Shown here in pieces: positions 1-11,637 of a stretch of 64,000 nucleotides of DNA. The position numbers were made by a program, and so were the translations under genes. The DNA comes from Vicugna vicugna. Taxonomy: Eukaryota. The notes below the pieces were generated by a model. It was not told the origin of the DNA. It did no database searches and saw only the letters and a list, made by a program, of their open reading frames with translations. The stretch's first letter is position 1. Each line of letters begins with the position of its first letter. The stretch covers positions 3,295,819 through 3,359,818 of the forward strand of contig MU058844.1 in the NCBI GenBank assembly GCA_013265495.1, read 5' to 3'.

Positions 1-290
1 CGACCTTGCAGTCTAGTAAGGGAAGCAGACAAGGAGCTGGGGACTGTGACATGGATATGAAGCAGAGAATGTGTAACAGGGTCCTTAACCTTCCCTTGGA
101 AGTCAGGAAAAACTACCTGACGAAACTGACTCCCAAGCTGACCCCTTGATAGAATTCACTGATTGAGGGAGGCAGGCCTCAACTGACGTAGTTTGGTACT
201 AAAAAAGTAATAAAATGTAAGGAGTTGATGCGGCTGGAATGGAAGGTTGGTGCCTATTTATATCCCACAAGAAGGAGCCAAACTGAGACT
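1..290 (-). mobile_element. L2 LINE fragment
   Basis: gcagtctagtaagggaagcagac...gaagtcaggaaaaactacctgacgaaactgac resembles antisense L2. Confidence 0.5.
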
Positions 291-319
291 TAATCCTGAT
301 AGACTCCCTCCCTTCAGAA

Positions 320-850
320 CTTTAAATTTGAAAAATTCCAAACCAACAGACAAGTTGAAAGGTGAATACCCTTCATGTAGATTTACCACTCCTTGATATT
401 TTATGACATCTGCTTTACCTTTATAATATTAATATATACTTTTTCTGAGCCATTTGAAAGTAAGTGGTAGATACCATAAATTCCATCTGTGAATACTTCA
501 GTGTGTACTCTCCTGTATAATCATACTGTCTGATCACATCCAAGAAATCTAACTTTGATACCATTTTGTCTAATGTACAGTCCATATTCAGATTTCTCCA
601 GTTGCCCCCAAAATGTCCTTTATAGCTTTTTTTGATCCAGCATCCAGGAAGGACCATCAGTAGTGTGTGTTATGACTCTTTAGTCTCCTTTGACTAGGAT
701 CTGTTTTCTCTACCTACAATTTTCAAAACATTGACTTTTTTGAAAAATCCAGGCCGTTTGTTTTGTAAAGTGTCCTACATTCGGGATTTGATTGTTTTCT
801 CGTAATTAGCTTCATGTTAAACTTTTTTGACAGGTTTGTTTCCTGGGTGG
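320..850 (-). mobile_element. L1MC4/5-like 3' end
   Basis: ttttctgagccatttgaaagtaagt...gaatacttcagtgtgtac...tacagtccatattcagatttctcc are typical antisense L1MC 3' UTR motifs. Confidence 0.7.
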
Positions 851-1455
851 TATATATTCTGTTTGTTTTTATTTCAGCAAAATTTTTAATAAGTGACTTT
901 TTTCACTTGGAGAGGTTCATGTGACCTAGGTATATCATATTTACTGTATTTCTCTGTATAATTGTTTTCCAGACTTTATATTCAATAGCAAATCAATCAG
1001 AAACTCTTGTTTTAAGGCATACGCACCCACACCTGCTCCAGGCTCTTTTCTGATGTACAACTCTGAGTTTCTGGGCACATGTGGCCAGGGGATAGTGTTA
1101 AAAGATTTAATGGAAGGTTTCATTTCTTCACTGTAATACAGAATAATCTTAGAAATATCTCTGTTCATTAAACTTCTTTGACTCTTATTTGGAGTTTTGG
1201 CTTTGCCAAATGGAAGAAATTATAATCCATTTCAACTTTGTCATATACTAGGCTTGAAACCTCTCTGGAAAGGTCATTTTACCCCCTCATTTACCAGTCA
1301 GATCTTTCAAAGTTCTCAAGAAAGAAACCTGTAATTTCTCTTTATAAAGTGTATCTTTCTAATATCAGTCTTTACCTTTAGCACATTATTTTGTTGAATC
1401 AGTAGTTACACCTTCCTGGAAAGGAGAAATTGAGAGAAAATTTGATCTTCCAGAT

Positions 1456-1672
1456 GGAAGGTCAGTAAACCATAGCCTATGGACCAAATCTGGCCTGCTG
1501 CCTGTTTGAAAATAACTTTTTATTGGAACATAGCCATACTCATTAATTTAATATCTTTGGTCGTTTTGCACTACAAAGACAGGCTTGAGTAGTTGCATCA
1601 GAGATGGCATGGCTCACTAAACCTAAAATACATACTATCTGGCCCTTTTCAGAAAATGTTTGCCAACCCCTA
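1456..1672 (+). mobile_element. MER58A (hAT-Charlie MITE)
   Basis: ggtcagtaaac...ggaccaaatctggcctgctgcctg...ttttattggaacatagcca...atctggcccttttcagaaaatgtttgccaacccct, with terminal inverted repeats. Confidence 0.88.
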
Positions 1673-2734
1673 TTCCAGATAATTAAAACTCTACACATTA
1701 CACAGGTGGGTCTCACTTTGAGAACATTGCAAATACCCAACTTTGAAAAACAACCTAGAATTTTCTTTTCCTATTGCAAAATATCTTTTACTTTACCAGA
1801 AACTCTTTAATTTGTAGTGTACATAGTAAAAGTAATGAATACAAATTTTAGAAATGGGCACTCTGTTGTAGAAGGTAAGATATATGAGCTACTGATTAAA
1901 TAGTCTCATAGTTTAGAGCTGTTGTGTTGTGTACTGCATTTTAAGCAGTAATATCCTTTCCTGCTATCAAAAAGGATTATATATTTTTTAATGGGTGATT
2001 TAGCAGGATACATAATCTTACTTTGATTTGTTACTTAAACTTAATGTTTACCTTGATAATTATTTTGTTTACTAAAATTATGATTATGATAATCACTTTG
2101 ATTTTTTCTTTAACATATATGCCTCATACAATATTTTCCTCTAGTTTCTTCCTCTGAATAATTTACTCTTTAAATTTTTTTTCTTGACATAGAAATTTTA
2201 GAGTTTTTCTTAATTCTAATAATTTTAGGAGCCAGTAATTATGTTGTACATAGTAGGTCTCAGTAGATTTTAAAAGACAAAATAAACAGTAAGTGTTGGA
2301 TTGTCAAAAATGGAGAATTAGGGTTACTTATATTTCTGCTTAGACTAAATGCTTTGTGGTATTAAAGTAGTTTTCTATCTACCTGAAGTATTGTGCACAC
2401 AGCTGTGTTTTTAATTACTCAGAATTACTACTGTACTGTGAGAATTTTACTTGTAAATGGTAATAGCGATCAGAGCAAGTGTAGACTAGCTCAGTGTCAT
2501 GCCTTAGATGGGAAGTGCTTTCTTATTTATGAGTAGAAAGTAAAACAAATCGGATTCAGCGGCCCCTGGTTAATCTAGGTTGTATTGTGTATTCCTAATG
2601 TGAGAACGGTTTTTTGAAAGTTGTACTGCTTCAGAGCATTTCTAAACTGTTCTTGTACTTTGCTGACCGTCATTTTAGGAAGTATTTTATTCTAGTGGAG
2701 TTAGTTACAAGGTCAGTGTCCATATGTTCTTTTA

Positions 2735-2910
2735 TTGACTGGAGAGAACCTGGAATTAAGAGTCCAGGAACCTTGGTTCTCAGACATTCTGGCACTAATT
2801 AGTAGTGACTTCGCAAGACAACCACCCTTCCTCAGGTGCTTGGTTTCATCATTTGTAAACTGGTTGGGATAAAATATCTTGAATATCGTTTCAAGCTCTG
2901 ATACTCTATT
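2735..2910 (+). mobile_element. MIR/MIR3 SINE
   Basis: MIR core cttggtttcatcatttgtaaa and tail ttcaagctctgatactctat. Confidence 0.65.
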
Positions 2911-3340
2911 ATCAGATAGAAAAAAAATTCTTAGCGAAATTGAGAAGCTTTGGTTAAAAAAATAATCTAATCTAATTTCACCTACCACAGATGTGTGTGT
3001 AATTGTGTGTATACACACTCACTGCCTTCTGCCCCTCCTAGAGCTTTACTAACTCCCACATCTCTCACTTAAACCCATACCTCTCTCCTGAGCTCTGGAT
3101 GTTTTCACTTGGCTGTTATGCAGCTCCCCAATTTAACATGTTCCAAAAGTTGACTTATTTTTCCCTTGATTCTTCACTCCTCTTCTCCACCCAGACTGGT
3201 CAAAACAAAACAGAAATCTTAACTGTTTCTCTAGGTCTGTTAGCAATACCAGCAACCAAATCAAATAAGCAAAGACTTCAAGGTCATCTTGAGCTCACAT
3301 CACCCACCAGATTTGCGGACTGGTCCTCAAATTTGTGTTC

Positions 3341-3447
3341 ACTATGCCTACTGGCCACTGATGCCAGTGAACATAGGAGAGAAAGAACTGCTCTGAGATC
3401 TTGACTTCAGTTCCTTTGGGTAAATTCCCAGGAGTGGGAATCGGGCA
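3341..3447 (-). mobile_element. L1 ORF2-end fragment, inverted relative to the adjacent 3' end
   Basis: gaacataggagag...gagatcttgacttcagttcctttgggtaaattcccaggagtgggaat matches the antisense L1 ORF2 C-terminal region. Confidence 0.65.
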
Positions 3448-3785
3448 TAGTCAGACTCATAGAAGCAGAGAGTGAGTGTAGAATGGTGGTTACCAGGGTC
3501 TGGGGGAAGGGGGATTTGGCAGATGTTAGTCAAGGCGTACAAAGTTTCAGTTAATGCAAGATGAATAGTTCTGGAGATCTAATGTGTCGCATGGTGACTA
3601 CAGGTAACAGCACTGTACACTTCAGATTTACTAGAAGGGTGCAGTCCCAAGTGTTCTCACCACACACACATGCCCAAATGATAGCTGTGTGAGGGGATGG
3701 ATACGTTAGCTTGTTTGCTGTGATTATTTTGCAATGTGGACAATATCAGATAGACTTGTATGCCTCAAATATATACAAGAAAAAG
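3448..3785 (+). mobile_element. L1MA9/10-like 3' end
   Basis: actcatagaagcagagag...tagaatggtggttaccaggg...ggtcaaggcgtacaaagtttcagtta...ttctggagatctaatg...tgttctcaccacacac, followed by an A-rich tail. Confidence 0.85.
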
Positions 3786-4900
3786 GTGGGCATAAACTTA
3801 CCTTTTTAAAAAGAAAATTCAAATGTCCATGTGAGGAGTTTATTTTTTCCAGTATCATTGTCTTATGATTTTAGTGATTTTTTTCCTGAAATATCACTGT
3901 CAGTTCTTTTAACATAATGACATCTTCATTGCTAAACAGGATTCATTAGAATCAAAAGCAAGCACTGTATTTGACTTGATACGTAGTAGATGCTCAATTA
4001 TTTGGATTTTGTCTTTTTTTTGAAGTGCTTATGACACTGGGGTTAATGAGACCTAATGTCAGTGTGTGCTGTGGTGTATTTGAGTTAATTACCCGTTAAC
4101 CTCTTTTCATCCATATGGCAGACTTCTAAGAAGGAAGCTGAATTGTGGGGCTACATGTTTAAGGGTGAAAATACTGGAAAACTGTGTCTTCTTGGGAAAT
4201 TTTTCACAGAAGAATCCCAGAGGGTTTTTGTTTTATTTTAAATCCGTTCTTTCCATTGAACTATAGTATATAAATTTATTTAAGTTTTAATATTATCGAG
4301 AAAAACACTAACACTTTACAGAAAAATGGCATATACTCAAATATTTATAGCTGTTTAATGGCATTTTATAGAAATTTATTTGGGTTTTGTCTTTATTTTT
4401 ATTTTTTAATGAAGGGCATAGTGGGGTAGATGTGAGTTCATTGTGGCATTCAGCGTATATTTGCTTGGCTTTTTCATACTCGGTGACACCCTAATTCCTA
4501 GCATGATTAATAGTAACCCTCTGTGCTTGACTTTATTTAATTTATTTGAGTTGTTTTCAAAAATTACGTTTTTTCTTTCATTTAAAAAAATCAGCTAAAG
4601 CTTGTGTATGGTTAATTTTATGTTTGTTTTCTGTTTGATTTTGTTTTCTTAGGGGAAAAAAAATCCTATAAAATGGCTATTAAATTCTTAGCCAGTGACA
4701 ATGAGATTTTCATAGTATTACTTTGAATTCTATACCTCTTAATTCTTAGAGTATGTGGTTTTGTTGTTCTGTAGTGTCCTACTAAAATATTCATTTTTTT
4801 TTACAGTGTATTGCAAGTTCCACTGCATTACATGCAAATATGATTCACTCATACCTAGCTGTTTGTGGATTCAGACTCATAAGTGAACCATTTTTAAACT

Positions 4901-4947
4901 AAGCTAACAACCTACTGATATCTTTCTGTGTTTTCTGATATTTACAG
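4901..4947 (+). promoter_or_regulatory. ATP2B1: 3' splice site of the last ATP2B1 intron
   Basis: Branch-like ctaAc at 4904-4908, pyrimidine-rich tctttctgtgttttctg, then acAG at 4944-4947 directly before the coding exon. Confidence 0.85.
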
Positions 4948-4973
4948 ATTCGAGTGGTGAATGCATTTCGTAG
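4948..4973 (+). CDS. ATP2B1: Alternative-frame end of the PMCA1a isoform ((Y)SSGECIS*)
   Basis: Shifted frame AT TCG AGT GGT GAA TGC ATT TCG TAG matches the known PMCA1a terminus ...GYSSGECIS, used when the site-C exon (not in this window) is fully included. Confidence 0.85.
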
Positions 4974-5259
4974 TTCTTTATATGAAGGGTTAGAAAAACC
5001 GGAATCAAGAAGTTCAATTCACAACTTTATGACACATCCTGAGTTTAGGATAGAAGATTCAGAGCCTCATATCCCCCTTATTGATGACACTGATGCTGAA
5101 GATGATGCTCCTACAAAACGAAACTCCAGTCCTCCACCCTCTCCCAACAAAAATAACAATGCTGTTGACAGCGGAATTTACCTTACAATAGAAATGAACA
5201 AGTCTGCTACCTCTTCATCCCCAGGAAGCCCACTACATAGTTTGGAAACATCACTCTGA
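4948..5259 (+). CDS. ATP2B1: Terminal coding exon of plasma membrane Ca2+-transporting ATPase 1 (PMCA1 b-type tail); partial CDS, upstream exons lie outside the window
   Basis: After the acceptor ...tttctgatatttacAG (AG 4946-4947) it reads [103 protein letters not shown] (TGA 5257-5259). This is the PMCA1b tail: second half of the calmodulin-binding domain and the C-terminal ETSL PDZ ligand. Confidence 0.97.
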   Translation: MRVVNAFRSSLYEGLEKPESRSSIHNFMTHPEFRIEDSEPHIPLIDDTDAEDDAPTKRNSSPPPSPNKNNNAVDSGIYLTIEMNKSATSSSPGSPLHSLETSL

Positions 5260-6296
5260 TTGTAAGCTGAATGTTAACACACTAGCTGCATTGTAAAGAA
5301 ACAAATTGAAACTGGGTCTTTTCACATATTGTGATGGACAAGATAGTATTCTTGTCTTTGGACTTCAACAGAAGACACACTTGTACGAATGTAGATTTAT
5401 TTTTTTAAAAAAAAAAAGCAAAGCTTTCTGCCAGACTGAGGGTGCTTTTTGGGGGGTGGGAGAAATGAACTGACAGATAAACAGTAACTCAGCGTAAGTT
5501 GACCTGTGGATCATCAGTAGAACCTAAGAATGGTCCTGAACAGTGATTAGCGAAGCTTTAGTTGATCTCAATCCTTGAGGGGAGAGAGGGAGGAGTAAAG
5601 CTGGGCAAGCAAGTGAAGAGCCCTGGATCATTGAATTGATGCTTTAATTTCTGCTGTTGGCTGTTAATAATTTGGATTATTTATGTTTATAAATGATACA
5701 GATCTGTTTACAAGGTTTGTAGATACTTTTTTTGTTCCTGTTCATAGATGGGAAGCTTCCTTATAACTGATGCAGAGAAAAATTAGTCCTTCAAATACTG
5801 CTGTATTTTCAGGAAAAAAAAGGGGTGTTTCTATTGAAACTGTACTAAATTTTTGCCTACAACTTACCTTGTTAAATACTGTAGATAAATTGCTAATACT
5901 GATAGCCAAATAGATAACACTAATGCTTTGTTTAAAAAAAAAAAAAACCACAAAACAAAACAAAAAAACATGAGCAGTGGTGTTCTAATGAAGTTATGGC
6001 ATCTGTCCTAATTAGTTTCTTAAATACATTTACTACTTAATGGTTTTGAAACAACTGTTTAATTTTTAAAATTTTTGAAAACTTGCTAATAACCTTTGTT
6101 CAGAATTTAGTAGATTGTTTAATGCAGGACATCAACTACATAATGAAAGACGCTTGAAATGCTTTTGTTATTTCAGGCAAATCAAATTAAATCAAACTAT
6201 CAAACTACAAGAGAACTTTAGTCCTTCTGTTTTTGTCTAAACATGTTAGCTCAGTGATGTCTTGGTGAACTGTGAGTGAACTGTATTGATTTTTCT

Positions 6297-6437
6297 AATA
6301 AATCTTTAGAAACCTTCATACAGCATGAGGGCTGTTGGCATTTTGAAAAAGGTTAATAAGTAGAAGCATACATGTTTTCCTTTTGTTTTTGAAACTTGTT
6401 TGTAAACATAAATAAATATGCCCTTTTATTAAATAAA
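6297..6437 (+). terminator. ATP2B1: Proximal polyadenylation signal cluster
   Basis: AATAAA at 6297-6302, 6411-6416 and 6432-6437, with ATTAAA at 6428-6433 and upstream TGTA. Confidence 0.6.
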
Positions 6438-7190
6438 TACATGGCAATGTTCTTTTAAAAACAAATTTCAGCTTCTTTACTCAGTTCTGCATATCTGGTG
6501 CATCAGTCCGTTCTCCTTAACCACAATTGGAATAAGTTTCAAGATGGTAACAGCCCCATGAAGTACCTGCTTTAATTCCTTGGTGGTAATCTAATAGAAC
6601 CAGATTAAAGAAATCATTGCAATTTTACCATTTGACATATTCTTCGTAGAGTTTAGTTTGCCTAAAGTAGTCTCACAGTTTAAAAAAAAAATAATGACCA
6701 CCATTGTCTCTGATACGTTTGTTTTCATTCTTAAGTGGCCAAATAAATTAGGTAAAATGTGATTATATGAAAAGGTAGGAAAGGTCCTAAAAATACATAT
6801 GTATATGTAGTAATTAACCATATGCTGGAATGCCCATCTCTAAGCCAGTTGGATTCATTAAATCTTTATTTCTCTTGTCTACCTTCTCCCCTTTTATCCC
6901 TCTGTCTTTACATTTTAGGAACTGGCATTGTGTTAGGGCCCAGATTTCACCAGATAAACAATCCTCAGGCTGACATAAAGTTTACGAGGACTACTACATC
7001 TGAGAGTGCTGACCCAGCGAAGAAACATTTAGTTGATGGTGCTTGATATTTTTGGTGGGTGGGGGAAAATCTTTTTCTCTCCATCAGTCCTTTGCAGTAA
7101 TCCTCTGCAAGTCTTAGAAAACATTGGCTCTGTCAGCATTTGTAATTGTACATTATTCATCAGGTATTTATAGCAAATCATACTGTAAAA

Positions 7191-7355
7191 AGAGGTAGCA
7201 TGATATGCTGGAAAGCAAACGAGGCTGGGAGTCAAGACCTGGTTTCTCGTCTCGGTTTTGCCATTAACGTGCTGCATGACCTTGGGAAAATCATTTACCC
7301 TAAATGAGGGTGGTGGACTAGACTATCTTGAAGAATCCTTTCAACTCTAAAAATT
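7191..7355 (+). mobile_element. MIR3/MIRc inside the ATP2B1 3' UTR
   Basis: ggagtcaagacctggttt...tgaccttgggaaaatcattta...ggactagactatcttgaagaatcctttcaactctaaaa. Confidence 0.7.
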
Positions 7356-8167
7356 TACTCTATCAACTGGAAAGCCTATAAGGCATAGGGAATAGAGAAA
7401 AGGGAAATGTTTTCAGTTTTTTTTTTTTTTGGTTGTGCTTAAATATGAATATAATTAACAAATGATTTAGAAGTGCATGTGCTTTGGAGGATTTGTATTG
7501 AGCTTTTACAGTATTCATTTTTCAACTCAAGGCAATGGCTTTTTACACCAACTCTAATCCATAAACGGGTCTTCTGACATCCATGAAGTAGTAGCAGGAC
7601 ATGCTTAGTATGTATTCTCTCTTTGAGACACTGTAATTTCTACCAGAAATTTCCAGAGCGTTATGTAAGTAGAAAAAAACTGCAGACAAGCTGTTAAAGA
7701 TCTTGGATCCCATTATATAGTATGTATAGCTGAAATCAGCATCTGTAATTCAATCACTTCCTCTCTTTTATCCTCTAACCAAGAAATTGTTTAATTTTGC
7801 ATCCCAAATGTTTTTAATCTTTGTATATTTTTAAAAATCCTTTTCTCCTCATCATTGCCTTTTCTGTGATTGTAAATAGACTTAACTTGCACTTTGAAGA
7901 TGAGTTACTCCTTGTCATCTTATAAATATATGATATGGTAATTTTCATAACAGATGTCAGTTTTGAACCAAGAAATGGTGATTTGTTTATAAGAAAAACT
8001 GGCTTCATTTCTGTGAAACTGCTCTTTGAAAATTTCTTTCTACACGTGTCAGCCAACTGAGATACCGTGATGGTGTTGATTTCTTTCAATGATGCTTACC
8101 ATCTATTTTAGCCACTGAGCCTTTTATTATTTGTCTATTTGTAAAGTTTATTTGTCTTAACTCATTT

Positions 8168-8173
8168 AATAAA
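8168..8173 (+). terminator. ATP2B1: Distal polyadenylation signal
   Basis: AATAAA preceded by U-rich sequence with TGTA (tttgtaaagtttatttg) and followed by U-rich sequence. Confidence 0.7.
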
Positions 8174-9679
8174 TATACTGTTTATCTGTTTCTGAATGGG
8201 GACTGAACTTTTTGAATATTTAAATTGATCTGAGCATCGTATTTTGAAATTCCTTTTTTCTACTTGAAATTTTTAAAGTCTCATGTATGAAAATTCTGTG
8301 ATGTACTTAGTGTTATGGTTGTGTTACAGTGAATCAGTGTTCTAATGTGCGTGATCTTGCTCCTAGGAGGAGAGTGGCTATGTTGTCCTTACTCTCCTGC
8401 CCACTGTCTTCAGTCTTCGCAGCACAGTAGATAGTTCTGCAATCCATGGGAGAGGAATGTTTTGGTTTTAGAAAAGATCAGTCTTTTCACATTAACTGTA
8501 AGAGTTTATTTTTTCATTAAATAATCCAAACTTGTCAATAGCAGTTATCTGAACTTTATGGTAACAAAATTAATCAAATTGCCCTTAGCTGGTTTTTATA
8601 ATAAATTATAAACATAAATTAGCATGCTTTGTAGAAATACTGAGTAAACTTTAAGTGATTATGAATACCGTATTTTGGAATTAGTAAAAATTATTCAATT
8701 AATGAGTATATATGTAAGTACCATATTTATGACAGGATATGTTTTCCATTTTATCAAATTAGATTTTGTATATGTTATGTATTTAGGATTGAATTTTGAA
8801 TTAAGTCCCTTTGTAAAATTAATTGAAGAAGAAAGGGAAGTTTCTCTAAGTCTTGTTGACATTTTTCCTTCCCTGTGTCTATTGTCATGTTACAACTGCC
8901 TGCTTGCTTTCTGATGCCCAAACCCCATTTCACCTTTATCTTTTTAATTTAGTGTCACACTCATTTGTAAGCAAACAAAAAAACTTTTGTTAATTACACC
9001 ACCTAACTAAGAACAATCTTTGAAAGATCCTTGAAAAGTTATCTTCTTTTTTTTAGAATCAGCTTTATAAAAATACCATAAAGAACGTTTCATGCTGTGA
9101 GGGGAGTCGTGGTTGTGTTCTTGTACTTGTCTGATCTGTACATGTCAAAAAAGAGAGGATCCTTATAATGTAGGTTCCTTTCAACAGATGGTTACTTTTG
9201 TCCTTTAAACCCTCAACTGAGAATTTATATTTATACGCTTTTTGTCTTAAGAACCACTTCTTTAACATTTTCCCTATTTGTTAGAATAATACTTCACTTA
9301 CAGGTGACTATACTAAATATAGGCACGTTTTATCTGTGCTCTCTGAACTCGAAGTGTCATTATAGAACACTATAATATTAATGGTTCCAGAGTTAAGGAA
9401 TTAATGGAAGAAACGTACGTATGTGCTTAGACAGTATGTCTTTGGCATAACTTTATCCTAGCCAGCACCATATCCTAGGAAAACTAGTTTCCAGATCAGT
9501 ATCTCACAAATCTGGGTGTGGGGGGTTCAGTGCAGTAAGTTCCCTAGGGTTCACTTAATTAAATAAGTTACAAGGACCACATAATTTCCAAATTACTTTT
9601 CAGATAATTAAATATAAACACTGATACTTTCCTTACCTGTTAAAAAGAATCTTGTCACAACATATATTCATATATGTGG

Positions 9680-9880
9680 AGTACCTGATAAATGCTAAGC
9701 ACTTTAGGTGGATTTTTTAAACAATAACCATGTGTACTGCTGCTGCCATTTTACATGGGGAGAAACTGAGGCTTAGAGCATTTAAGTGACTTTCTCTGGG
9801 GTCACATGGTGAGCTGCAGTTCACACTTCAGGCAGACCTTCTCAAGAGCACGAGCCGGCAGCCATTGGTTTCTACTGCGG
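9680..9880 (-). mobile_element. MIR SINE
   Basis: ccattttacatggggagaaactgaggcttagagcatttaagtgactt...ggtcacatgg. Confidence 0.75.
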
Positions 9881-11102
9881 TACTAGCATGTTGTTAGGTA
9901 ACCTGAGTCAGGACCTGGTGCCTAAAAGCTTAATTTTTACGTGTTCCTTTGTTCTTTTCTGATAGCAAACGCTTCAGAGATGATCTTGAAGAACATTCAT
10001 AACCTTCCTGGAGGATAACTCAAGAGACTGAGGCAAAGAATCACTGATTAAAGTGTATAATCGCTTTCCTTAAAATCAAACCTCTAGCTGAAGAGTTAAA
10101 GATAAGTTCAGTAGAATGGTGTTTTTAATAGTATACTTTGGTTAAAGGTTTTCACGGTTTAGTACTTTTAAGATAGGTATGTGTATTCTACGTTTCATAG
10201 TATTAATTTAACAGGTCATTGGTTTATTTCCTAAACAGTTTATAATGAAAATAAAATTTATCATATTAATGAGATAATAAGCATTTTTTTTCTTGAAATT
10301 TGTGAAGCTGAGGAATAGGGTATTTTACATTTTTTGAAGAATTACTTTGTCCTCCAGCTGTATTTCCCTTGGTGAAAATTCCTAATGCTTTAATATTTAG
10401 CCTAAGGGAGTGACTATTGCACATTAGACTTCAACAATTTTTAAAATAAGAAAATTGCAGCCATTATTTCACTACTGTTTTGATACCATTTTGTATTAAT
10501 GTTGTTTATAATTTGTGAATAGTCTCAGTCTGTAAAAATGAGATGCTTGCTGATTTTTATAATCGTTAAGTAACATTTATCTTAATGAAGATAAACTATT
10601 TTAAGACTCTTCCTTTTATAAGGCTGCTTTTGAAATCATAAATATTTGGTCTAAGGCATACCTTAGTGGACAGAAAACAAATGCAAAACTATTAAAATGT
10701 GAGCTCAGGGAGACCTGTGTTATCTGAGGTTAGAAACTTCAATTTAGGATGCTTTTGCTATATCTGAGATTCTATATCTTTATAACCATAAGACTGTTGT
10801 TTCAGTTGGCTTTAAATCCTCCAAGAAGGGTCACCTGTAGTGTTTTAAATCTTTCACATTCTCACTGTTACAGATTTATGGTAGGAAGTAGGTCTCAATA
10901 CCTGAAGCGTGGTGGGGGAGAGAGTGAATTGTAACAGTAAAGCCACACCAAGTTTTCTGAGTCTGGGACTCAACTTCTTAAGAACACTTAAGAACTTCAG
11001 AACAACTTCTTAAGAACTTCCTGGTGTCTGTCCCCTGTCCCCTGCTCTTCAAAATGGTCCAACTGCCAACTCCTTTCATTCACTTCATCTACATCTGGTC
11101 TC

Positions 11103-11637
11103 CATTCATTCATTCTGCAACTGTTGGTACCCATCATGGGAAACTCATACCCTTCTAGACTCGGGAGAACTAAGCAAGACCTTTGGTTTCAAGGAGTTTA
11201 TGTTGAAGTCAGTGGGAGAGACAGACCTGTGTCAGGTGGTGGGGACGATGTTATATTACATGGTGTGGTCAGGGAAGCCATCTCAGATGAGGTGACATTT
11301 AAGCAGAGACCCGACGGAAGTGAATTCTTGGTTGTCTGGGAACTTTCCAAGGAGAGGTTCCAGTAGGTGGTGAGTTTGAGGAGCAGCAAGTGGTGCCTGA
11401 GTGGAGTGAACCCATGGGAGAGTGGCAGGAGACAGGCTGAGAGACGTGATGGGAGGCTCTGCCCCATCTTACAGGTAGAAGCCTTGGCAAGAACTTTGGC
11501 TCTCACACTGAGTGAGATGGGAAGCCAGTGGAGGGTTCTGAGTGAGCAGCAACATAATGTGACCTTGAGAAGATCATTAGCTGTTCAGAAGGGAGCGAGA
11601 GATGGGAAGTTAGGGAACTAGTTAGGAAGCAATTGCC
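11103..11637 (-). mobile_element. L2 LINE 3' part
   Basis: cattcattcattc start; ggtcagggaagccatctcagatgaggtgacatttaagcagagacc; gagatgggaagccagtggagggttctgag. Confidence 0.85.

Larger units (their letters stand above)
5260..8196 (+). other. ATP2B1: ATP2B1 3' UTR (long form); 3' end approximate
   Basis: AT-rich, almost repeat-free sequence after the stop codon, ending near AATAAA at 8168-8173. Confidence 0.75.

Noticed and set aside
1..4947. ATP2B1 alternative site-C exon (MDVVNAFQSG...)
   Set aside because: I could not find its sequence here; it presumably lies upstream of the window.
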